Source of the DNA: Azolla caroliniana
Lineage: Eukaryota; Plantae; Polypodiophyta
DNA length: 64,000 nucleotides
Direction: 5' to 3'
NCBI GenBank assembly: GCA_043228905.1
Contig: JBHGNT010000010.1
Span: 1,984,001 to 2,048,000 of the forward strand
Position 1 is the stretch's first letter; each line of letters opens with the position of its first letter. Of this stretch, positions 22,601 through 33,794 are shown piece after piece. Position numbers and translations under genes: made by a program. The notes beneath the pieces are model-generated. The model worked only from the letters and a program-made list of their open reading frames with translations, made no database searches and was not told where the DNA came from.

Positions 22601-23190
22601 CCTTCGGCGGAGGATCGTGCCCGCATTTTGGAAGAAGTACATCATGATTTATCCTTGGAGCTTAGTCTTGCTAGTGAACGATACAAGAAGTAGGCTGATC
22701 GCCATCGATCTTCCACTCCACACTTTGTCGTTGGAGACATGGTTTGGTTGTTATGTCGACACATCTCTACTACTCGTCCATGTGCGAAACTTGATTACAA
22801 GAAGTTGGGACCATTCCGTATCATCAAGTGCATCAATCCCGTCGCCTTCCGGCTCGCCCTTCCATCCCACTTCCAGATTCACGATGTTTTTCATGTCTCC
22901 CTCCTCGAACCCCATTATGCTTCACAACTCCCAGGACGTCAAGCCCCACCACCACCACCTGTGCAATTGACGACAGGGGAGGAATACGAGGTCGACCAAA
23001 TCCTTGACTCGCGTTGGCACCGTCGACACTTGCAATACCTCATCCTATGGAGGGGTTACCCCATGTCTGAGGCCACATGGGAACCATCGGCAAATTTACA
23101 AAATGCCCCAGAGGTCGTCCAAGATTTTCATCACCGATATCCCCACAAACCAACGGCCGATTTGAGAAGGCGGCGTAAGAGGGGGGATAA
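19679..23190 (+). pseudogene. Chromovirus pol: PR-RT-RH-INT-chromodomain
   Basis: LLDSGAS, YLDDILIF, ETDASDFA, HPQTDGQTE, GPF, EYEVDQIL..YLILWRGY..ATWEP. Stops at 21407-21409 and 22691-22693. Confidence 0.95.
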
Positions 23191-23548
23191 TGTCAAGATT
23201 CGAACTCTTGACATGACCATGTTATAATCTACTATTATGAGTTAACCAAGATATCTAGTACTAGTTATGTATGTAATTGGTCCTTATTATTTTGCTAGCA
23301 TCATGTGCATAGTTGCTCCCTTGTAGTATTTACACTTGGCACATGCATGCATACCTACATGCTCTATTGTAGATTCACATGCGTGCAACAAGTATGCATA
23401 CCATGTAGTATAAATAGAGGAGTTCACCTTGAAGGAATTCAAGGTGAACAACACCAGTTATGGAGTCTTTCCTTTAGTACTATCTTCTTTCTTGTCCATT
23501 TGGTTATCTTCTTGGTTGTCTCTTGAGTTTATGATCCGTGACACCCGT

Positions 23549-23798
23549 GGATACTTGCTTGAAACCCGTCGGTAGCCACCCGGTTGAAGGATGTCACTTG
23601 TAGTCCTTCCGAAATCCCGCACCGTATCATTTCCGCCTTGTAGTCCCGAAGATAGCGTGATACATATTTTCCGTTGAATTGCCCGATCCGTTACACGAGC
23701 CGCTCTATTGCCGCCGCTATCTCCGACATCGCACGTTGTTCTTGAAGCATCCGCTCGAACATCATCATCATGTCGTTAGCCTCCGATTGATTTTCCAT
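23549..23798 (-). pseudogene. Outer Gypsy gag N-terminus
   Basis: ATG at 23798, just downstream of the PBS: MENQSEAND...AIERLV*RIGQFNGK. Confidence 0.8.
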
Positions 23799-23836
23799 CT
23801 CCTTGCCACCCGTGTTCACGCTGGGTTCACCACTTG

Positions 23837-24499
23837 TGTCATGCCTTTCGGCTCCGGATCGTTGCGTGAGTCGGGCGGGAACCACTGAGGTTTTGGACTA
23901 GGAGAAAAGTAAATTCCAAGGTAATGAAGAATATGAAATATGTTGTAAGAAAGAAAGATATGAAAAACTTGTGAATCTCACGAGTGTAGTGTATTAGTGA
24001 GTACTCAGATTAAGAGACAAAAATAGTTAGCAAATTCGTGAATCCCACGATTATATTATATTAATCCACCTTTATAAAATAAGCAACAACCACTATACAG
24101 CTTTCTCTCTCCCTTATATAGTGTTGGAAGAGTCTAAGTTTATCACATGCAAGCATCATGATTTTCCTAACTTTAGTTTTCATGCACACTGCATGTGCAT
24201 GATTAGCTTTCTATCCCATCTTTTTCTTTTTTTAACTCAAGTATGTATGCATGAATAACTTTTTGTACCATGCATATCTAGAATATTTACATGGGATAAA
24301 GTTTAGTATAACTTTAAAATTCATAATATGCTAGTATAGTGGTAAGGCTAGGGTTTGTCTACGTGGAGGTATAGGGTTTGAACCCTGCCCTAAGCACGTA
24401 ATAAATATTTTTAATATTTTATTTTATTTATTATATGTACTTTTAAATTGGATATAGTATTTTACATATTTCACATAGTGTGTGATTCACACTACGACA
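23837..24499 (-). repeat. 5' LTR of the outer Gypsy
   Basis: Direct repeat of 1761-2423 with many C/T and G/A differences. Confidence 0.93.
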
Positions 24500-24503
24500 A
24501 CAT

Positions 24504-25131
24504 TATCAAAGTTGATCACTGAAACTTATACCCCAAAGCCAGATGTACAACATTTGGATGAAGTTTATGATTTTAAACACTTCTATGTGGATGGTGATGG
24601 GACTCTATGTAGGGTTCTTGCACCGCTTAATAATATAAGTTTTAACCACGTCTTCCTCATCAAAAGAAGTTCTATCAGCCACAACCAGATGATGCTCTAT
24701 GCCAAACAATACTCATCTACTTCACAATGGGAGCCACAAGAGGGATGTACGCTCTTATTGCATTTTCTAGATGCGGTAATCCATGGTGCAAAACAAATGC
24801 CATATGATGACCATAAAAGATTGGCTACTGGTAGTTCTAATGAAGAGCAAAAGATATATTGGATGTGGTGCCTTGAAGACAAACACAAAAATATTGAGCG
24901 TACCAAAAAGTATGTTGGTGATTAGGATGTTAATTGGTGGGGTAACTTCTTTAATCATCAACATACGAATTTAGATAACCACTTCAATGTCAGTTACTGG
25001 CCCCTCCAAAATCAATTCAAATGGAATATTGATGGCCCATCAATGGTGAGCACGACTTGTTTACAATCACTAGATAATCCTAAATTGAATAATCCAGTTC
25101 GTCTATTATGGACAAACCAACCGCGAACTCA
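24504..25131 (+). pseudogene. Sola-like transposase, continuation
   Basis: In-frame continuation LSKLITETYTPKPDVQHLDEVYDFKHF...FNHVFLIK of the gene broken at 1760. Confidence 0.7.
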
Positions 25132-27133
25132 GAGGGAGCACGAATGATAAGAGATAAAGATCAAGGAGACAATATGGCATGAAATGAGAATACTAGATTG
25201 ATGTGTCAATGACTAGTGTTGAATCCCCTAAAAGGGACCAAGAAGGTTACAAGTATTTATAGAAGTTCTGAGATTGAATATCTCTAGAATATACCTGAGA
25301 AATATCTCTAGAATATACCCGAAAAATATTTCTTGAATATATCCGTTTAGAATACACCATAGAATTTTCTAGAATATACTAAAGGCTCTAGAATATTCTA
25401 GAATATAGTATTTGCTAGAATATATAATACTAAATTATCATTATCATATATACGTATCCAGATGGTTAAGCATGACGTCTTGTAGATGTGCAACCCAATT
25501 ATGTACTTGTGTCATTGTGTCGTGACATTATCCTCCCCTTTACTGCCACCTTTTCGAAAGCGTGGTGTAGGGGTGAATGGGAATTGGATGTCATTGTGTC
25601 GTGACATTATCCTCCCCTTTACAGCCACCTTTTCGAAAGCGTGGTGTAGGAGTGAATGGGAATTGGAGCACCAACGTGCGTGAGCGACCATATGTTGTCC
25701 TCACCGGGAATTAGAGCACCAATGGACGTGAGCGACCATGTGCAGCCCTCATGGGGAACTGGAACATGAACGGGAGTGAGTGATAATGCAACCCTCATCG
25801 AGAACTGGAACACAAATGGGCCTCAACGACCATGTGCGGCCCTCATTGGGAACTAGAACACAAACGGACGTGTGTGACCATGTGCAGCCCTCACCGGGAA
25901 CTAGAACACGAATGGGAGTGAGAAACCATGTGGCCCTCACCTGGAACTAGAACACCACCAAGTGAAGGAGTGCAGATGAAGAGGTTGATTTGACTTCTTC
26001 TATCATGAGAGGGTGCTAGCGAGAAACAGACGCGATCCCCACCAAGAAAGTGATCGGTTATGACCCCCACCGGAACTAGAAGGTGAGCGATCAAAATTGA
26101 TCCTTGTCAAAAGAAAGTGGAGCAAAATGCAGAACAAATTTAAAATGGAGTGCAAGCGAGCAATGATTTGATCCCCACCAGGAAAGTGAGCAGTTCTAAC
26201 CCCCACCGGAACTGGGAAGGTGAGTGATCAAAATCGATCCTCACCAAAGGAAAGTGGAATGAAACTTGAACTGAAATGAAAATGGGGTGCAAACGAGCAA
26301 TGATTCGATCCCCACCAAGAAAGTGAACGGTTGTAACCCCCACTGGAACTGTGAAGGTGAGTGATCAAAATCAATCCTTGCCAAAATCATGATGCAAAAT
26401 GATGCCTATAGATGATGACAATGACGATGGAAGAGGCAGAACAATGACGATAATGAAAAATGATGATGTCGAAAATGAGACAATGAAGATGAGGAGGAGG
26501 AGGAAGCGTCTCTAGAAAGAACGATTGTGACTATGGTGACAATGGCGTCTCTAAAATCAAGGATGTTGATGACGATAACTTTGGAAGCAAGGACTATGAA
26601 AATTGTAACTCTAGAAGCAAAGGCAAAGACGAAGACGGGTGATGCTTCCAGTTGGAACGGATTCAAACTGTCACGGGCACACCAAGTGTGGACTGGGACG
26701 GAGCACGGATGATGGGGCTAAGAGCGTGGAACTTAAGAAGCTGGGAATGACACAAGAGCATGAAGATAGAGATAAAGATCACGGAGACAAGATGGGGCGA
26801 AACGAGAATACTAGATTGATGTGTCAATGACTGGTGTTGAATTCCCTAAAAGGGACCAAGGAGGTTACAAGTATTTATACAAGTTCTGAGATTGAATATC
26901 TCTAGAATATACAGGTCTGACAAATATCTCTAGAATATACTCGTCTAGAATACACCACAAAATATTTCTAGAATACACTAAAGGCTCTAGAATATTCTCT
27001 AATGTATTATATAGTAGAATATATAATACTAAATTATTATTATATATACATATCTAGATGGTTAAGCATGACGACTTGTAGATGTGGTGTTGCAAGTTCA
27101 ATGCTCGCCAACTACGTACTTGATGTCACGACA
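25132..27133 (-). mobile_element. Non-autonomous chromovirus-type LTR element with a tandem-repeat interior
   Basis: LTRs at 26669-27133 (TGTCAC...CACGACA) and 25132-25527 (left end damaged). Minus-strand PPT AAAGGGGAGGATAA resembles that of the chromovirus. No gag/pol motifs and no clear TSD. Confidence 0.7.
25660..25955. repeat. ~39-42-bp degenerate tandem repeat (ggaact.gaacac.aa.gg..gtgagcgaccatgtgcagccctca)
   Basis: About seven copies. Preceded by a 79-bp duplication (about 25510-25667) and followed by about three ~140-bp repeats (26030-26390). Confidence 0.8.
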
Positions 27134-27718
27134 AAGAGATATTTACATGGGACCAAGAATATCGCATGGTGTAGAGGCGAGATGGCAAGGCAATTTACAT
27201 GAGCTACAAATCGGTATGTTGGTTGCAACATTAGTTGGGGGTAATAAGTTGGATTGCTAAAATCACAGAAATGATTAACGATGAAGAAGGCAATCAAGTT
27301 CAATATATTGTGGTTCATTGGTATCATACCTCTTCCCCAGATGCATTTACTAAGAAGTACTCTTTAGAGATGGTTAAGGATGTCGGCACTAAAGAGTGGT
27401 TAAGGATGTCGGCAGCACAAGCAGAAAACGGAGAAGAAAGAATCTACCCAACACATCTACTCTTACATCTGATAATGTAGACATACTAGTGTAGGCCATC
27501 TAAGACGGACCACAATCAAGATAATAAAAGAGAATATCCCATATGTGCCTCCTGATGCAACACAAAGACGAACAAGGAGTATGTCTCATAATCACGGTGA
27601 CGTTGGATTGCAATTGGATTAAGACAATGCATTGGTTACTAGTGATGATGAGGATGAGACCTCACAAACCTCTTCTAGTTCATTGGATGGGTCTGAAGGG
27701 GAAGGCGTATCTTTGTAA
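27134..27718 (+). pseudogene. Probable C-terminal part of the Sola-like gene
   Basis: Fragments LQIGMLVATL..WIAKITEMINDEEGNQVQYIVVHWY, RKRRRK and an acidic tail ending at TAA 27716-27718. Same strand and composition as 24504-25131. Confidence 0.5.
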
Positions 27719-28099
27719 ATATCGGTGGTAGTCCTTTTGTAAATTTTGTGCATTCTTTTGTAAGTTTCACGTGTCGATTATTTAGGCCTTTTTTGGAAAT
27801 CCCTAAATTTTTGGACATGGTATAAATCAATATATTTTGATTCAATTTTCAAAAACCTTTACGCATGCGATACCCCTTTTTGTGAAACGACCTACTTTGT
27901 GCCTTTTTTGGATGGAAAGTTGTCAAAATGTGACATATTACCTATTTCAAATGGCCCGATGTTTCTTTTGATTCCACCAATTCTCTAATAAAGTGATGTC
28001 TTGCTTGTATATGCTTGTTCTGATCGGTGATCGTAGGATTTGTTGCTAACTTTATGCACGGTTGGTTGTCACAAAATATCTTCATTTTGTGAGTTTAAG

Positions 28100-29350
28100 A
28101 ATGTCAAGTTCTTCGATGATGGTTTTGATCCATAATCCTTCTATGGTTGTTAGAGGGGTTGCCACGTACTCACTTTCAATGTTGGAAAGAGCTTGAGATA
28201 CTTGTCATTTGGTTTTCCTAGAGATTCTACAGGACCACCAAATATAAAGACCATGCTTGACGTTGAGGGGGAGGTATCAAGTCCTTGGCCCCTTCCCAAT
28301 TAGAATTCATCCAACCAACTAGAGAAGTATCCAGCCATCCACTAGGTTGTGACGAATTCTGAGATTGGAAGCTTTGATATGTGAGACCCATATCCTTGGT
28401 ACATTGGAGATACCATATAAACACGTTTAAGAGCTTGCCAATCTACAAGTCCAGGATTCTAATTAAACATGGAAAGAAAACTTGCACGATAAGAAAGATC
28501 AAGACGAGTGCAACCCACAAGATACCTTATACTACCTAAGATTTGGTGATAAAAGAGTGATTACATAATTTTTTCTTCTTCAATTGACATCGGGCTATCA
28601 TTTGTCGAAAGATTGCATGAAACTATCATATGGGTCGAGATTGGTTTACAATAAACCATCTCAAACTTTTGAAGAATATCCTCCAATTTTCATTGTGTCG
28701 AGGTTAAAGTTCCTTTGATGCAATTGCGAGTTACCTTGATTCCAAAAAAATATTCGAGATGTCCAAGATCTTTTGTCAGGAACTTCCCCTCGAATTGATT
28801 GACTCTCTTGCATATTGAAGTTATAGAATTGCAATCATTTAGTAAATCATCAACGTAAACGCCAATAATTACATAGATAGTGTCTTCCTTGTAAATGTAG
28901 ATATTTTTCTTTGCTTGAAGATGATTGAGGCCCATGGAAACAAGATAAGTGCGTACTTTGAAATACCACATATGGAGAGACTATTGTAGACCATATAATG
29001 ATATGTGAAGTTTGCAAACATAGTTATGAAATTGTGGATGTAAAAAATGAGTTGGTTGCTCTATATGAATCTTCTCGTCGAGTTCTCCATGTAGAAAAGT
29101 GGCTTCAATGTCAAGATGATGGAGTTCGAGGTTAAGGCTAGCAGAAAGGGACAACATTACATGTAGAGGCACCATCTCCAAGATAGGTTCAAATGTATCT
29201 TTAAAATCTATGTCGGGGATTTGTGAAAATCCTCTAGCAATAACATGTGCCTTAAATCGAACCACAATGCCATGGGCTTAAATTTTCTTGGTAAAGACCC
29301 ATTTGTTGGAAATGACATTGTGATCATTGGGGCATGGAACTAAGGTGCGT
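28100..29350 (-). pseudogene. Old Copia RT/RNase H remnant
   Basis: RFKAHVIARGFSQ, HLDIEATFLHG, SLYGLQ, GVYVDDLL; heavily disrupted. Confidence 0.85.
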
Positions 29351-30774
29351 TGATCTCCAAAGGAATTGGTTGTGTCCAACCAAAAGCATGATCATACAAT
29401 GATTCCTTCCGAGGAAAGAATATAGCTCAACCTCTAATTTACATTAGTCCCTCTACTACACGAACCTTTGGGTTGTATTTCTTTTCTCTCTAAATAAGTA
29501 TAATATATCGCTTCTTTGCCAATAATTGCTAGTATCATTGCTTCAGAGGCATTTTCATGTTTGATGTCCACACGGAGTGGTCTTTGGATAACCCTCAATC
29601 ATGTTTATTCTTGGTTGTTGTGCCTATTCTTTACTAGATTCAACACTTGGCATCCTTATTACCATGTTATCTTGGCTTCATCGCTTTTTCCTTAATTATC
29701 TATTTTGGGTAGTTAGGCCCATTTTTTGCTCCATCCAACACTTGGCTTCCTCATTACATTTTTATGATTTGATCTCGCACAATGTGGTCCCTAGAAAAGA
29801 TCATGTGAAGGTTTGTCCTTTCGTTCCTTTTCATCATCCATGTGCAACCTTATCTGTTCTGCAGATCTTACTTACACCTGTTTTTTGTCTATAAAGTGGC
29901 CCACATTGCAACCTTATATGGACCAAAGATCTTATTGATGGTGCTCTTTGTGTGTACATCCACCATTAACAACATAAATCTCTCCACATACATCAACAAC
30001 ACAACACAACACAACACAAGCAGGAAGGAAGGTAAGTAGTTGGGGTGTCACTCATAATCACATCTAGTACTAATATGTTTTGTTAACTCCTAACTAATGG
30101 GAAAGTAGCTCCTTTTTTGGAAAAAAACGAAGAAGTTTTGTTAACATCCTAGTTGCACCTCAGCAACATTTCTGTTGTTAATGTGGCTATTAATGCATAA
30201 TTGTTGATTCATGTGTTTGGGTGGGTTGTCATTAATGAATAATTTGGAGGACCAGGATGAGGAGTGTAGTGCCACTTCTCTTTGTTGTTGTCATTCTCTT
30301 GGTTTCCATTGGTGCCCCTCAATTGTATTGTGCACAAAATGTTGACGACTTTTGCCCCAAGGCCAACAACGTATTGACACCATCCAATTGGTCGAGACTG
30401 AGGCGACGGTTTATGACCATTTCCTGGCACCAGAGTGGGACTCCGAGAACTCGACCTACTATGTCTGTCTCTTCAATGCCAGTTCCGGCACCACCCCGCC
30501 AGATACATGTTCACACACACCTCCAAGGATCTCCGGAGATATGTGTCAGTGAATGCCACCGACATTATCATCGTGAATTCGTGAATGCCGACACCCAATG
30601 AGCTCTAAACTGGCACGACGAGGGCAAGGAGTAGTTCCTTGTGGAGGCCGACATATCCGATGACAATGATGACACGAACCTGGGATTGTTTGAGTTCACA
30701 CCCGATGACTCGATTTCCTTGGTATGTCCCCACTTCCTAACCGCACGTTGCCAAGCCTACCATATTGTCTCTAG

Positions 30775-33700
30775 TGCCGTGTGGTTCTTCACACACGATA
30801 TGAAAACTAGTAAAATAATTATTTAATATTAGCTTAATGGGTTGGTATGGAAAGATGGACATCTTTAAGAGCTTATGAATGCATTTTACGACACATGAAA
30901 CGGTGTCGTGGAGAAAACCGTCCCTAGGCGGAAACCGGGTATAACGTGTGTAAACCGGCCCTTACATGTGGGCACAAGTTTTGTTGTATAGTATGTGGAT
31001 AGGTACAAGTCGGCTGAGGTGAAATCCCAGGTAGCACGCATTCACTAGGGAGAAAACATGATGTAACGGGTGATAACGGCTTCCCTCCTTGGGCTATAAA
31101 AGAGAGGGAGAGGTATTGTAAAAAAGAGATATCGCGTTTTGTGGAGGACGAAGTGTTGCCGGACTAGAACCGAGCTCTTCTCCTCTGTCTTCTCCATAGT
31201 CGTTCTGTGCAGGTTTCGAGAGGTTGACTCTGCTCTGCGGAACGCCCGGCCGGTTCGGTGGGAAGGACACCATGAGCTATTTGGAGGCTTACCGAGCCGA
31301 AATGGTGATGAGGGACATCCTGGACGACAGGCAACTGGCCGGATTCCCACGAGTGGCGGTGCCGAGCATCCACGCGGAGGTGCTCAAGGTACGGGCTAAG
31401 AGTCAGACCTCGACAGAGTTTGAAGGTCGGCTCCTTGAAAAGTACAGGCTTGATGACGCGCTTCGGCTATCGAAGCGGAACTTCATGGAATGGGTGGAGA
31501 CCCCCCGAAAAGGGGAGAAACGCGCTAGTGCTCCTTCGGGAGTTTGAAGAACGTTTCACACGTCGTTCGGCACTGGACCGAACCGTACTGGACACAAGTC
31601 GTGTCCTATTGTTCGTTAAATCGGTGGACACAAGGGACCGGGAGCAAGTGGGCTTCCTGTTGGAGACCGATGACGGCCTAACAACCGACTGGGCCGTGGT
31701 AAAGAGAGTCTGCGGCCGTTTTGACAAACAGCGTGAGTGGGTCGTCGATAAAGGCTTGACGAGGGCGGGTTCTGTTGCGACAAGGAAGGTCGAGGTACCC
31801 CCGCCGGTGCGAAGGGAAGAGACCCAAGACTCGCTCGAGACCGGCTCGACTTCGACCAGCATGGTCAAAGGCTCATCCGAAGGAGCGGCTCTGGAGGAGC
31901 TAACTCAAATGGTGAGGGACCTCCAGATTGCGCAAGCACGGAGGGACAGCGACGAACAAGTTCGCGACCGAAGGCCTTCGGCTGCGAACCGATGCTTGTG
32001 GTGCGACGCGATCGGCCACGCCCGAAAGGACTGCGGGGACGTCGCCGAAGCGATAAGAGCTAACATGGTGTACCTATGGAACGGTCGAGTGCACGCTAGC
32101 AAGACCCGAAGGGCCCTGGATCTGAATATCGGACGAGGGGGTATGAAACGGCTGATGGAAGAAGCAGCGGATTGCCACGCGGAGACCGTCCACTACTCGG
32201 CATCGGCTGGAATCTGGATCGGAAGTGACGAGGTCCGAAAAACGAAGGAAGCCGGATTCTGGTCGTTGGTGCTAGAAGGCCTCGTCGGCGTACGGTTGAG
32301 GAAAGAGGAAGCGGGCCGCGCGAAAAGACGGGTCCGGGAGGTAACCGGGTGGAGTGACCCGGTCGAAGAGAAGACGGGCTTCGTGGAAGCTGCATGCCAG
32401 AACTACGAGGTTCTGGTGGAAGACAAGCGTGTGGGAAAGATCGAGGGGGGGCGAACCCTCACAATGGTATGATACCCCGTTAGGGCTGAAGCAGAAGGAT
32501 GCCGGTGAGACCGGCGCACTGGATAAAGCCAAGAGGGTTGGGTACCGGTTGAGCACGGAGATCGAGAGGACCACGGACCTGCGAAAGGTCCTCGAAGAAC
32601 GTATCCTCAACATCAAAGTGGAGCTATCACTAAGGGAAGTGTTCGGTATCGCCAAGAAGGAGTTCCACGACTCCATTGTAGACTTGGTGAAGCGGAAAAG
32701 GCTTTCGACGGAGCCGGAGCCGAAGAAGTCGGTGGAGGTGCGAACGACGCACCTAGAAGACATAGCCCTGGAGGACGAATTGGTGGAAAGCCACTACTTG
32801 AGGCTACATTGGGCCAGAGCCACTACGAAAACCCATGTCCGGCTCGGGGACGTCCAGGAGCCGGTGGTGGCGTTGGTAGACCACGGTTCGGAGATCAACT
32901 TGATGTCCATGGACTTCTACAAGAAGGGAAAGTGGCCGATCAACACCAAGCACGGGTGGAAGATACGGGCAGCAACGCGCGCCATGGATGTAGCAAAAGC
33001 TTGCCATGGGAAAATAGGAGAATGGCCACATCTATTGCCATTTCCATTATAGGCAGATAGGACTACTCATAGCATGGTGATGGGATACATGCCGTCAAAG
33101 TTCATATTCGAACAGAAGCCGATAATGCCAGTGGAAAAAAGTATTGTTTCATGGTTTGCATTGCCATGGCAAGATGAGATAAGTAGAGAAGATCTTCTAG
33201 CATTGAGAATTCGACAGTTGGAGCAGAAGTTGGAAGATATAGAAGTGGTTAAAGCGCGACTAAAGAATGCAAGGCTGAAGAACAAGAAAGACTTCGACAA
33301 ACGACATCGACTTCGTCCGAGGAACATCGTTGAAGGAGATTGGGTGTTGGTCTACGACAGTAGCCTAGACAACTAACATAGTACGGCTCGAGAATTTTAA
33401 CAACAATGGTTTGGACCATATGTGGTGAAGAAAGTGGAAGATAATGCAACATATCGTTTAGTAGAACTGGATGGTACACCACTTTCTTTGCCAATTGCAG
33501 GAAAGAGAATCAAGATCTTTAAGAGAAGAGAGGCCCCAAATCTTGAAATCGAAGCTCTAGACGAGGTAGCCTCGAGCAACGAGGTTGAAAAAGAGTAATT
33601 GAAAGAGAAACCTCACCACAATTGGCACATACCCGTAGATGTGCAGGTTTGGTGGGGGTGAATGTCGTGTGGTTCTTCACACACGATATGAAAACTAGTA

Positions 33701-33794
33701 AAATAATTATTTAATATTAGCTTAATGGGTTGGTATGGAAAGATGGACAGCTTCAAGAGCTTTCGAACGCATTTTATGACACATGAAACGGACA
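30775..33794 (+). mobile_element. Rearranged pair of Gypsy elements of the same lineage as the outer Gypsy
   Basis: LTR start 30775-30903 is repeated from 33663, after PPT GGTGGGGGTGAA. A second LTR starts TGTCGTGG at 30904. gag (CLWCDAIGHARKDC) and protease (ALVDHGSEINL) run 31250-32985 and join an integrase C-terminus (GPY) at 32986-33600. The right end of the 3' LTR is unresolved. Confidence 0.8.

Larger units (their letters stand above)
18254..23543 (+). mobile_element. Ty3/Gypsy chromovirus (Tcn1/Tf1-like), full length
   Basis: 353-bp LTRs at 18254-18606 and 23191-23543 with 3 visible differences. TSD CCCGT. PPT GAGGGGGGATAA. No tRNA-type PBS. Confidence 0.96.
1761..24499 (-). mobile_element. 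Ty3/Gypsy LTR retrotransposon, non-chromovirus type, tRNA-Trp primed; decayed and hosting two nested insertions
   Basis: 663-bp LTRs at 1761-2423 and 23837-24499 (TGTC...GACA). TSD is 4 bp, ACGT/ACAT. PBS 23815-23832; PPT just right of 2423. Domain order on the minus strand is gag-PR-RT-RH-INT. Confidence 0.93.

Noticed and set aside
25660-26390. Repeat array as a CRISPR-like locus
   Set aside because: Units are homologous along their whole length with no unique spacers, there are no cas genes, and the context is a eukaryotic LTR element.
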